Shown one piece after another: positions 1-8,580 of a stretch of DNA of 30,971 nt; the first letter of the stretch is position 1; the number at the start of each line of letters is the position of its first letter. Position numbers and translations under genes: made by a program. Below the pieces are notes generated by a model. It searched no databases and was not told the origin of the DNA. It saw nothing but the letters and a program-made list of their open reading frames with translations. The DNA is from a virus (taxonomy: Duplodnaviria; Caudoviricetes): the IMG/VR virus record IMGVR_UViG_3300014508_000007, positions 1 to 30,971 of that record; one strand, given 5' to 3'.

Positions 1-138
1 GGTTTAAGACGTAGGTATGAAAAGTACAGAGAACCGAAGGAAGGAGAAACGTATGAAGATGCGGTTGATGAGATATTTATGGGTATAGCGGATATCTTAG
101 AAAGTAACGGAATAGATATAGATAATTTAATAGAATAG
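1..138 (+). CDS. 3' end of hypothetical phage protein (partial)
   Basis: Open frame from base 1 (GLRRRYEKYREPKEG...GIDIDNLIE) to TAG at 136-138. Confidence 0.7.
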   Translation, partial: GLRRRYEKYREPKEGETYEDAVDEIFMGIADILESNGIDIDNLIE

Positions 139-197
139 ATATTTAACACTAAAGACAATAAAACATGAAAGAATCAAAGAACTAAAACAGTAAAGAT

Positions 198-392
198 ATG
201 GAAAAAATAAAAGGTATTAGAATACTTAAAGGAAATGTCAAGTTATTTAAACCTATCTTAATTTGGGATTGGTATGACTTTGGTTTAATGCTGAAAATCA
301 ACAAACAAAACAATATAGGAAAATATCACTTTGCAATAGATATACAAATAGCTTGGTTAAACCTTTGGGTGCAATGTTGGCGAAAATATTAA
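198..392 (+). CDS. hypothetical protein (Trp-rich)
   Basis: 64-aa ORF with the A-rich AAAGATATG start context shared with neighbouring genes. Confidence 0.6.
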   Translation: MEKIKGIRILKGNVKLFKPILIWDWYDFGLMLKINKQNNIGKYHFAIDIQIAWLNLWVQCWRKY

Positions 393-514
393 TACCAACG
401 GTTTGGCTATGTGTAGTGCCATTAAACTACACTAACAATTAAGTAAAGACCACAACCAAAGCAAAAAAAGTTACTAGCTGCATTAGATGATATTTAATAC
501 TAAAAATAATAGAT

Positions 515-780
515 ATGAACAGTAAAGTAGAAGTAATAACAACAGTGTTAATGTATGCGTTTAGATATGCGCTAGGAAGACAGACAGGTGCGCCTTATGA
601 TATATCAAATGCTATACATAAAAATATAGAACACTTTAAAGATTGGCAACTAAAACAGATTATCAAGGAAATACATGACCACGAGGAATTTATAGGAAAC
701 CTAGGAATGGATTGTGATAAAGCTACGTGTACGGGTTAATTGAATTTATAGAGAAGTATTTAAAAGATAGAGAACCTTGA
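515..780 (+). pseudogene. hypothetical protein with apparent 1-nt frameshift near 729
   Basis: ORF 515-739 ends CDKATCTG*. Restoring one G (ACG TG[G] TAC) gives CDKATWYGLIEFIEKYLKDREP* ending at 780. Could be a sequencing error. Confidence 0.5.
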
Positions 781-940
781 AACAAAGGTGTCACGTTAAG
801 CGGTTTCATTAACTGAACTTAACCAGCTTGTGTAGGTTGTTTTTCTAACAGCGCTATACATCTTCACGGAGCTAAAGTCGAGTGATGGGATTGAGGTAAC
901 CTCGGTCGGTTCAAACAAGAGGGAATTTATACCCTCTTGT
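772..940 (+). ncRNA. putative structured non-coding RNA plus 3' hairpin
   Basis: GC-richer intergenic segment with nested stems and a perfect 9-bp hairpin ACAAGAGGG/CCCTCTTGT (915-940). Confidence 0.55.
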
Positions 941-1039
941 CCCTGAATTAAAGAACTAAAGAAATAGATATGGGGTATAAAGTTTAATCACACAGTTGCT
1001 TGGATAAAGAAATTAACACTAATTAAATAAATAGAAATT

Positions 1040-1249
1040 ATGAAAGTAAAAGAATTTTACAAATGTTTACGAGAGATGAAAACATACACAAACGGACTGT
1101 ATAAGGTGTTTGGAGTAATTTATAAAGATTTCTTATATGGGATTGTTACACACTCTCCCACTAAAGTTTACAGAAAATATCAATTTTTAAAATCTAAAAA
1201 ATATCATTTACCTAGAGACTCAAAACCTCAATGGTATGTAAAACAATAG
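1040..1249 (+). CDS. hypothetical basic protein
   Basis: 69-aa ORF with AAATTATG start. Confidence 0.6.
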   Translation: MKVKEFYKCLREMKTYTNGLYKVFGVIYKDFLYGIVTHSPTKVYRKYQFLKSKKYHLPRDSKPQWYVKQ

Positions 1250-1325
1250 ATATGAAAGCAGATAAAAGAATTGAAGAACTAAAACAAGGGGTGTTTACTC
1301 TTAATTATGTAACAAAACAAAGGGT

Positions 1326-1463
1326 ATGATAGTAGCCTTAGTTAAAATGTACTTTGATAGAAGTCAAACAAAAACAACTCGCAAGAATAAGTGGAGATTA
1401 TTCTTCATGCCTATAACGAGAATAAAAAACAAACTGCTTTTAAGGTGGTTACTAAATAAATAG
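1326..1463 (+). CDS. small hypothetical protein (45 aa)
   Basis: MIVALVKMYFDRS...RWLLNK*; its stop abuts the next start (TAG-AT-ATG). Confidence 0.4.
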   Translation: MIVALVKMYFDRSQTKTTRKNKWRLFFMPITRIKNKLLLRWLLNK

Positions 1464-1465
1464 AT

Positions 1466-2191
1466 ATGAACAATTTAAAAACTAAATCTTCCGAGATGTT
1501 TAATTTTAAAATCTGGCATATAGGAGATACACATACGTATCATAAGTTATTAAAAGTTCCAAAAGGAATTGATATGGTAATCTTTAGTGGCGATTGTAGC
1601 AACCCAAAAAACCCATACAACAACGAACCAGAAGTGAGAGATTTCTTGAACTGGTATGCAGCCTTAGATATAAAGTATAAGGTTTTTGTAGCAGGCAACC
1701 ACGACTCCAGCATTGAATCTAACTTAATAAAAGAAGAAGAAGATTTTACAGCCAGAAATATCATCTATTTAGAAAATGATTATGTTACAATTGAAGGTTT
1801 AAAGATATGGGGTTCGCCTCATACACCTATATTTGGAAACTGGTCGTTTATGAAGAGCCGAAGTAAGCTAGATAAAGTGTGGAAACAGATACCGGGTGAT
1901 ACTGATATTGTAATTGTACACGGACCTCCAAAAGGTATATTAGATTTGTCTTATGACAGAAATCATACATTAGAATTTTGTGGTTGTTCAGCATTAAAGA
2001 AAAGAGTGATGAACCTACCTAATTTAAAGTTAATGTGTTTTGGACATATCCATAACAACAAGGATATTATCAATGCAGGAACTATGAACCTATCGGTGCA
2101 AGATACAATATTCAGCAACGGAAGTGTATTGACAGATGGTAGGTTTGGAAAATTAAGCAGCAATGGCAATATAATAAAATTAAACCAATAA
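1466..2191 (+). CDS. calcineurin-like metallophosphoesterase
   Basis: Motifs GDTH, SGD, AGNHD, HGPP, FGHIH. Confidence 0.9.
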   Translation: MNNLKTKSSEMFNFKIWHIGDTHTYHKLLKVPKGIDMVIFSGDCSNPKNPYNNEPEVRDFLNWYAALDIKYKVFVAGNHDSSIESNLIKEEEDFTARNIIYLENDYVTIEGLKIWGSPHTPIFGNWSFMKSRSKLDKVWKQIPGDTDIVIVHGPPKGILDLSYDRNHTLEFCGCSALKKRVMNLPNLKLMCFGHIHNNKDIINAGTMNLSVQDTIFSNGSVLTDGRFGKLSSNGNIIKLNQ

Positions 2192-2289
2192 AATATGACA
2201 CACATAACACCTACAACAGAAATCTTCAATGAAATGATTGAAGCCGCTAAACAAGTATGGAATACAAAAGATAATTTAAAACAATAGAT

Positions 2290-2547
2290 ATGCCAAAAAA
2301 AGAAAAAATAGGCAATTATTTGGATGGATGTGGGAAAGAGGTTTGCGGTCATTGTAACCTAAAACGAACAACCGAAGGACACGATGGATGTATAGGTACA
2401 CTACCTAATGTAATGAACGCTTGCTGTGGACATGGAGAAATAAAAGCAGCTTATATTCAATTCAACCACAAAGACTATAATTTACAGCCAAATAAAATAT
2501 GGTTAGGAGGTAAAGCTGCGTTAGATTATATAAATAAATTAAAATGA
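2290..2547 (+). CDS. Cys/His-rich hypothetical protein (probable Zn-binding)
   Basis: CGHC...HDGC...NACCGHG. Confidence 0.65.
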   Translation: MPKKEKIGNYLDGCGKEVCGHCNLKRTTEGHDGCIGTLPNVMNACCGHGEIKAAYIQFNHKDYNLQPNKIWLGGKAALDYINKLK

Positions 2548-2554
2548 TAATAAA

Positions 2555-2995
2555 ATGAAAAATGTAATATTTATAATAATACTCTACATATTTACAGGGT
2601 GTGCAGCAAAGAAGGTGTATGTTGAAACCAAAACAACAGATACAATCTATAAAAAAGAAATTATAAAGGTTTCAATACCACAAGTAAATAAGGTGTTTAT
2701 AGACAAGCCTTGCGATAGTTTAGGTAACATTATACCGTTTAAGCATATCATATATAACGACAAAGTAAGAACGGTTATCAAGACCGTAAACAATAACATT
2801 GTAGTTGAACAAAACATTGATAGCATTGTAGATATTAGAGTGAGAGAATACATATCTAAAAACAAATCACACGAGGAGGTTATAATAAAATACCGAGTGC
2901 CTAAATGGTGCTATTATTCTTTGTTGATAACTTCATTGTTATTAGTATGGATATTTAGAAAGTTTATTCCTATCTTGAAACTATTACCATTTTAA
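2555..2995 (+). CDS. lipoprotein with C-terminal TM helix, putative unimolecular spanin
   Basis: N-terminal signal with lipobox (IFTG-C), beta-rich middle, C-terminal hydrophobic helix (WCYYSLLITSLLLVWIF). Confidence 0.6.
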   Translation: MKNVIFIIILYIFTGCAAKKVYVETKTTDTIYKKEIIKVSIPQVNKVFIDKPCDSLGNIIPFKHIIYNDKVRTVIKTVNNNIVVEQNIDSIVDIRVREYISKNKSHEEVIIKYRVPKWCYYSLLITSLLLVWIFRKFIPILKLLPF

Positions 2996-2997
2996 AT

Positions 2998-3132
2998 ATG
3001 AGAGCAAAAAAATACACACAAGAGCAGAGAATTGCAAGACTTGAAAACGTAGTTACACAACTATATCTTGCAAACGCTTCTGTAAATGAAAGACTGTTAG
3101 AATTAGAACCTAAAAAAGAGAAAAAGAAATGA
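2998..3132 (+). CDS. small coiled-coil hypothetical protein (44 aa)
   Basis: MRAKKYTQEQRIARLENVVTQLY...; fills the gap and overlaps the next start by ATGA. Confidence 0.6.
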   Translation: MRAKKYTQEQRIARLENVVTQLYLANASVNERLLELEPKKEKKK

Positions 3133-3842
3133 GTGACTTTAGACCAAGGCTAAGAGGGAATGTAAAAAAAGCGTTTAATTGGTTAACAAACAAAGAAAGT
3201 AGAATACTAATCATTGGAGATTTGCACGAGCCTTTTACATTAGATGGTTATTTAGATTTCTGTAAAGAAACATACGCTAAACATAATTGTAACCAAGTTA
3301 TATTCATTGGGGATGTTATAGATAACCATTTTTCAAGTTACCACGAATCTGATGCGGATGGAATGGGAGGAGGAGATGAATTAGATTTGGCAATACATAA
3401 ACTATCTAAATGGTATGATGCGTTTCCAGATGCAGATGTTACAATCGGCAACCACGATAGAATTATAATGCGTAAGGCACAATCTAGCGCAGTGCCTAGT
3501 AAGTGGATTAAATCATATAAAGATGTATTAGAAGTGCCTAAATGGAACTTTACAGATAGGGTTGTTTGTGATAATGTGCAGTACATACACGGAGAAGGCG
3601 GTACTGCAAGAACAAAATGCAGAGCCGATATGATGAACACCGTACAAGGACACCTTCACACTCAATGTTATGTAGAGCATTATGTAGGTCAAAACTTTAG
3701 AGTATTTGGTATGCAGGTTGGCTGCGGAATAGATCACGATAGTTACGCAATGGCTTACGCTAAACGAGGTAAAAAACCAGCAATAGGATGTGGCATTGTT
3801 ATAGGGGGGCATACGGCAATTAACGTATTAATGAAATTATAA
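3129..3842 (+). CDS. calcineurin-like metallophosphoesterase
   Basis: Motifs GDLH, IGDVID, GNHD, HG, QGHLH. Confidence 0.9.
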   Translation: MSDFRPRLRGNVKKAFNWLTNKESRILIIGDLHEPFTLDGYLDFCKETYAKHNCNQVIFIGDVIDNHFSSYHESDADGMGGGDELDLAIHKLSKWYDAFPDADVTIGNHDRIIMRKAQSSAVPSKWIKSYKDVLEVPKWNFTDRVVCDNVQYIHGEGGTARTKCRADMMNTVQGHLHTQCYVEHYVGQNFRVFGMQVGCGIDHDSYAMAYAKRGKKPAIGCGIVIGGHTAINVLMKL

Positions 3843-4045
3843 TGAAAGAAAACAATACACCAAGTCATTATGCTACAAACACCTCTTTAGATGTGATAGA
3901 TGTATGTAAGATGTACAGCCTTAATTTTAACAAAGGCAATGTTATTAAATATGTTTGCAGAAGTGGGAAAAAAGAAAGTGAAGTAAAAGATATACTAAAA
4001 GCTATTGAATACTTGAAAAGAGAACTTAAGCACTTACAGAAATGA
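3842..4045 (+). CDS. DUF3310-like protein (T7 gp1.7 nucleotide kinase-related)
   Basis: PSHY...DVID...FNKGNVIKYVCR.GKK...DILKA.EYL signature. Confidence 0.8.
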   Translation: MKENNTPSHYATNTSLDVIDVCKMYSLNFNKGNVIKYVCRSGKKESEVKDILKAIEYLKRELKHLQK

Positions 4046-4254
4046 TATATATACTATTAAGTTTTTTAATTGGCTTGATGTATGCTATTTACGCTGGCTG
4101 TACTGTTATAATAACATTTATAAAAGGTGGTATGATAGGCGCTTTGTACAACAAAGAGCATTACGAGGGCGAAGATATAGAAGAACATACAATACAATTC
4201 TGTTTATTAATTATCACTATAACAATTATATGGGAAACAGAACACATTGGTTAA
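4042..4254 (+). CDS. small hydrophobic/membrane hypothetical protein
   Basis: Hydrophobic N- and C-terminal stretches; coupled to neighbours by overlaps. Confidence 0.6.
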   Translation: MIYILLSFLIGLMYAIYAGCTVIITFIKGGMIGALYNKEHYEGEDIEEHTIQFCLLIITITIIWETEHIG

Positions 4255-4769
4255 GCCTAATAGCTAAGCACCATAAAGAGTGGATAAACATTGCTAAAGT
4301 GTACAGCTGCGGAGGTTACGCAGAAGACGTAGTGCAAGAGATGTATTTAAAAATACATAAGTATTCTACTGCTGACAAAGTTATAACCAACGGAAAGGTA
4401 AACAAAGGGTACATATTCTTTGCACTTAGAAGCATTATAAATTCATATCATAAAGAAAAGTCTAAGGTAGTTAAATACGATATTGACTCTGTTAGACACC
4501 TATCTACTTGTGATAACCAAGACCAAATACAAGCATTTGAACGTGTGAGTGAAATGATAGACAAAGAGTCTGACGATTGGCATTGGTACGATAAACAAAT
4601 ATTTGACTTATACAGATACAATAAAACCTCTATAAGAAAGTTAGCCAAAGAAACCAACATAAGTTCTGTGAGCATATTTAATACACTAAAAAATTGTAAG
4701 GCAAAAATAAAAGAAAAATTTACAGAAGACTATCAAGATTATTTAAACGGAGATTATGACAGAATTTAA
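4230..4769 (+). CDS. ECF-type (sigma70 family) RNA polymerase sigma factor, probable late regulator
   Basis: Region-2-like AEDVVQEMYLKI and region-4 HTH SIRKLAKETNISSVSIFNTLKNCKAKIK; located just upstream of the morphogenesis genes. Confidence 0.8.
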   Translation: MGNRTHWLSLIAKHHKEWINIAKVYSCGGYAEDVVQEMYLKIHKYSTADKVITNGKVNKGYIFFALRSIINSYHKEKSKVVKYDIDSVRHLSTCDNQDQIQAFERVSEMIDKESDDWHWYDKQIFDLYRYNKTSIRKLAKETNISSVSIFNTLKNCKAKIKEKFTEDYQDYLNGDYDRI

Positions 4770-5157
4770 AGGAGATAAAAGAACAAAGGAATATAAGGAA
4801 TGGAAAGCAAACCAATCTAAAGGAGTGGGAGATACTATTGCTAAGGTAACTAAAGCGACAGGAATAGATAAAGCAGTTAAGTTTTTATTAGGAGATGACT
4901 GCGGCTGTGATGATCGCAAAGATAAACTTAATAAACTATTTCCGTATAAAGTAGAATGTTTAAATGAAAGCGAATACAACTACCTTAAAACTTTTTTCAA
5001 AGATATGAAAGGAACTGTAAATGTAGAGCAACAAAACAAACTATTAAAGATAAACAATAGAGTGTTCAACGACAATAGAAAAGGAAGTAGTTGTGGTTCT
5101 TGCGTAAGGGAAATGGTAAACAATTTAAAATCATTGTACAACGATTATAACAAATAG
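4756..5157 (+). CDS. Cys-motif hypothetical protein (CGC + CxxC)
   Basis: DDCGCDDRKDKLN and SCGSC; overlaps the sigma gene. Confidence 0.75.
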   Translation: MTEFKGDKRTKEYKEWKANQSKGVGDTIAKVTKATGIDKAVKFLLGDDCGCDDRKDKLNKLFPYKVECLNESEYNYLKTFFKDMKGTVNVEQQNKLLKINNRVFNDNRKGSSCGSCVREMVNNLKSLYNDYNK

Positions 5158-5175
5158 CTGATATAGTTGTTTTTA
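5150..5175 (+). promoter_or_regulatory. putative late promoter ACAAA-N12-TTGTTTTTA (copy 1)
   Basis: Motif repeated five times upstream of structural genes; this copy precedes terS. Confidence 0.7.
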
Positions 5176-5208
5176 TAACGCTATTGAATAAACAATTATA
5201 TATCAATT

Positions 5209-5472
5209 ATGGACAAGAGAAAAAACAACGGAGGTAAAAGAAAAGGTGCTGGCAGACCAACTAAGGCAGACGAAGAGAAATTGATACAAAGATTGTCTTT
5301 ATTAGATGACGATGCTTTCAAGTGTTTAGAGAACGGAATTAAAGATGGAAACTATCAATTTTGGAATAAGTTTATGGAGTTCAGATACGGTAAACCAAAA
5401 GAAAGAGTTGATGTAACAAGTAACGAAGAAAGTTTAAATATACCAATTATAAATTTTGCAAGTAACTCTTAA
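5209..5472 (+). CDS. terS: terminase small subunit
   Basis: N-terminal NGGKRKGAGRP motif; directly precedes and overlaps terL. Confidence 0.75.
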   Translation: MDKRKNNGGKRKGAGRPTKADEEKLIQRLSLLDDDAFKCLENGIKDGNYQFWNKFMEFRYGKPKERVDVTSNEESLNIPIINFASNS

Positions 5473-6664
5473 CGATAAGTTTAAACCATTATTTGAAAGC
5501 AAGTGCAGGTACTATGTTTTAACTGGTGGTAGAGGTAGTTCTAAGTCTTTTAGTGCTTCTGTATTCCTTACATTATTAACTTTATCAAAAGGTTTTAGAA
5601 CATTGTTTACACGATGGACTATGACCTCAACGCACTTATCTATTATACCAGAGTTCTTGGAGAAGATAGAGTTACTTAATTTAAGTAATGCTTTTAGTGT
5701 TAACAAATCAGATGTTACAAATACCGTAACAAAATCCGATATACTTTTTAGAGGTTTAAAGACTTCAAGTGGAAACCAAACAGCAAACTTAAAATCGTTA
5801 CAAGGTGTTACAACGTGGGTCATAGATGAATCGGAAGAATTAGTGGACGAAGATATGTTTGACACTATTGATTTATCTATAAGACAAAAAGATAAACAGA
5901 ATAGAGTTGTACTTATCTTGAATCCAGCTACAAAAGAGCATTGGATATACAAACGTTTCTTTGAGGCTAAAGGTATTAAGGAGGGTTTTAACGGAGAGAA
6001 AGACGATGTGTGTTACATACATACCACGTATCAAGACAATATAGAAAACTTATCCAAATCATTCATATCACAGATAGATAGAATACGAGAGAACAACCCA
6101 AGCAAATACAAGCATAAAATATTAGGTGGGTGGTTATCTAAAGCGGAGGGTGTTGTATTTGAGAATTGGGAATACGGAGATTTCAACCCTAACAACTTAC
6201 AGACTTCTTGCGGTATGGACTTTGGCTTTAGTGTAGATCCAGACACGCTAACAGAGGTTGCTATTGATAAGAAAAAGAAAATCATATACGTTAAGGAGCA
6301 TATCTATCAAAACGGTCTTAAAACGCACGTATTGTCTGAAATGGTATCTTCTAAAGTTGGAAGCAGTTTAATTATAGCGGATAGCGCAGAGCCTAGATTG
6401 ATAGAAGATTTAAGACACAAAGGAATTAATATAGAAGCTGTAAAGAAAGGAACTATCGAAAGTGGTATTACTAGAATGTTAGACTTTAAAATTATAGTAG
6501 AACACAAGTCTAGGAATATAGCTAAGGAATTAAATAACTACAAGTATGCTAACAAAGGGAGTAAGATGTATGTAGATGACTTTAACCACGCTATTGATGG
6601 TATTAGATATAATATAACCTATCATTTAGATAATCCAGAGAAAGGAAATTACTACATTTATTAA
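5456..6664 (+). CDS. terL: terminase large subunit (PBSX/Terminase_3 type)
   Basis: Walker A GGRGSSKS, Walker B WVIDESEE, LILNP, nuclease GMDFGFSVDP, ADSAEP, HAIDGIRY. Confidence 0.95.
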   Translation: MQVTLNDKFKPLFESKCRYYVLTGGRGSSKSFSASVFLTLLTLSKGFRTLFTRWTMTSTHLSIIPEFLEKIELLNLSNAFSVNKSDVTNTVTKSDILFRGLKTSSGNQTANLKSLQGVTTWVIDESEELVDEDMFDTIDLSIRQKDKQNRVVLILNPATKEHWIYKRFFEAKGIKEGFNGEKDDVCYIHTTYQDNIENLSKSFISQIDRIRENNPSKYKHKILGGWLSKAEGVVFENWEYGDFNPNNLQTSCGMDFGFSVDPDTLTEVAIDKKKKIIYVKEHIYQNGLKTHVLSEMVSSKVGSSLIIADSAEPRLIEDLRHKGINIEAVKKGTIESGITRMLDFKIIVEHKSRNIAKELNNYKYANKGSKMYVDDFNHAIDGIRYNITYHLDNPEKGNYYIY

Positions 6665-6683
6665 TGTGGTTTTTTTGCTTTAT

Positions 6684-6709
6684 ACAAAAATCAACACAAA
6701 TTGTTTTTA
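6684..6709 (+). promoter_or_regulatory. putative late promoter (copy 2)
   Basis: ACAAA-N12-TTGTTTTTA, 4 nt before ATG 6714. Confidence 0.7.
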
Positions 6710-6713
6710 ATAT

Positions 6714-7367
6714 ATGAGAATTGAAATTGAAGTACCTACTGATTTGAACGAGATAAAGCTAGATAACTATCAGAAGTTTTTAAAGATAGAAGATCCAACA
6801 GAGGTAGATACAATGAGCCACTTATTAGGAATGGATAAAGCTGATGTATTAAATATAAAAGCTAGTTCTTCTGATGTTATTATAAGTAGTTTAAATGAAG
6901 TGTTTGAAACCAAGCATAAGTTTGTTGATAGGTTCACTTTAAACGGTGTTACGTACGGATTTATTCCAAGCCTTGACAATATAACCTATGGAGAAAATAA
7001 AGACATTACAAGCTATCTAAATTGGGATAGTATGCATAAGGCTATGGCTGTTATGTATCGACCAATAAAGCAAAGTTTAAGTGGTAAGTATTTAATTGAA
7101 GATTACGAGGGTAGTTCTAAGTATTCTGAAATAATGAAAGAAGCACCTTTAGGGATAGTATTTGGTTCTATGGTTTTTTTTTGGACTTTAACAAACGAAT
7201 TGCTGAAAGCTATCCCGAATTATTTGGAGGCGGAAATGCAGAAGGAACAGACGAGCGGAGCAATTTCGGAAGAAAATGGGGAGGCTATCAAGAGTTCTAT
7301 ACACTTGCTCAAGGAGACGTTAGAAGATTTAACGAAATTACAAAGCTATCACTCCATCAATGTTTGA
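6714..7367 (+). CDS. putative tail assembly chaperone (0-frame product)
   Basis: First gene of the tail module; contains a T9 slippery run at 7174-7182. Confidence 0.6.
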   Translation: MRIEIEVPTDLNEIKLDNYQKFLKIEDPTEVDTMSHLLGMDKADVLNIKASSSDVIISSLNEVFETKHKFVDRFTLNGVTYGFIPSLDNITYGENKDITSYLNWDSMHKAMAVMYRPIKQSLSGKYLIEDYEGSSKYSEIMKEAPLGIVFGSMVFFWTLTNELLKAIPNYLEAEMQKEQTSGAISEENGEAIKSSIHLLKETLEDLTKLQSYHSINV

Positions 7368-7435
7368 TGTACTTAGCGTTTGAAAGGGAGCTTAAAGACC
7401 TAGAGGCGAGAATGATAAAGAAAAATTTTAAATAG
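7181..7435 (+). CDS. -1 frameshift extension of tail assembly chaperone (gpGT-like)
   Basis: The -1 frame ORF starts exactly at T TTT TTT (7175-7181) and ends adjacent to the ATG at 7436. Confidence 0.7.
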   Translation: MDFNKRIAESYPELFGGGNAEGTDERSNFGRKWGGYQEFYTLAQGDVRRFNEITKLSLHQCLMYLAFERELKDLEARMIKKNFK

Positions 7436-7870
7436 ATGCAATCATATTATAACATATTAAAAAAGATTAAAGACCAACTACAACTAGATGCTTTTGTAAA
7501 CACGGTTACTGATGGAAGTATTGACGATGTTGATTTAGATAAGCAAACGATATATCCACTAGCGCACTTAATGGTTGGTAATGGTTCTTATAATGGTAAT
7601 GTATGGGGTTTTAGCCTAAGTGTTATCTGTATGGATTTAGTCGATGTAAGTAAAGATAATACAGACAATGAAGAAGATGTGCTTAACACACAGTTAGCTG
7701 TCGTAAATAGGCTTTTAGAGTTGTTAAACAGAGGGTCTTTATATGATGACAAGTTTCAATTAGAAGGTAATCCAACTGTTGAACCTTTTACAGATAGATT
7801 TGAGAATAAAGTAGCTGGGTGGGTTTGTACGTTTGATGTTGTAATAGAGAACACTATGACCATTTGCTAG
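7436..7870 (+). CDS. putative tail terminator/completion protein
   Basis: Size, acidity, YPLAHL and beta-strand pattern, position in tail module. Confidence 0.55.
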   Translation: MQSYYNILKKIKDQLQLDAFVNTVTDGSIDDVDLDKQTIYPLAHLMVGNGSYNGNVWGFSLSVICMDLVDVSKDNTDNEEDVLNTQLAVVNRLLELLNRGSLYDDKFQLEGNPTVEPFTDRFENKVAGWVCTFDVVIENTMTIC

Positions 7871-8371
7871 ATGCAGTTAAAAGAAACAAAAAGAGCGTTA
7901 CAGATATTCGCTAGAAATGTAGTTAAATTTTCTAGAAGTAATCTAACACATCAGAAAAAGAACGTTTCTAAAGAGTTGTATAATAGTATTGGGTATGATT
8001 TAAAAGTACATAAGAACTCTTTTAGTCTTTCTTTTGAAATGGAAGATTACGGAGCGTTTCAAGACAAGGGTGTAAGTGGTAAAGAGAAAAAGTATAATAC
8101 CGAGTTTGGGTTTAAGAGTAAGATGCCACCGTTAGAACCTATATTAAAATGGGTTAATGCTAGAATATTAAGATTAAGGGATAAGGAAACTGGCAGGTTT
8201 AAAAAAGGAGGTCAAAAGAGTTTAGCTTTTTTAATACAAAGAAGTATTTATAAGAAAGGTATTAAGCCTACTTTATTCTTTACCAAACCATTTGAAGCAA
8301 GTTTTAAAAGGTTGCCAGATAACTTAATAGAAAAGTTTGCATTAGATTTAGAAAACATTATAACGGAATGA
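7871..8371 (+). CDS. putative neck/tail completion protein (HK97 gp10-like)
   Basis: Basic; LYNSI, YG.FQDKG, KGIKP..FF motifs. Confidence 0.6.
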   Translation: MQLKETKRALQIFARNVVKFSRSNLTHQKKNVSKELYNSIGYDLKVHKNSFSLSFEMEDYGAFQDKGVSGKEKKYNTEFGFKSKMPPLEPILKWVNARILRLRDKETGRFKKGGQKSLAFLIQRSIYKKGIKPTLFFTKPFEASFKRLPDNLIEKFALDLENIITE

Positions 8372-8580
8372 GAGAGCAATACAGACAAGCTAGGATTAAA
8401 AATACAAATGATATGGATTTAATATACGACATATTCAAAGAAATGGGCGGCACGTTAGATTTTAACAGGTTCTCTTTAGGGTTTAACATAAGTAGAAACC
8501 AAGTAATTCTAGCAATGGATAACTATTTTAATTTAACGAGTTTGCATAGAGCAGATGGAACTTTTATAAGAGTGATATAA
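8368..8580 (+). CDS. hypothetical protein
   Basis: 70-aa ORF overlapping both neighbours. Confidence 0.65.
   Translation: MREQYRQARIKNTNDMDLIYDIFKEMGGTLDFNRFSLGFNISRNQVILAMDNYFNLTSLHRADGTFIRVI

Noticed and set aside
905-916. GGTTCAAA resembling a tRNA T-loop
   Set aside because: No T-stem, acceptor stem or cloverleaf could be built
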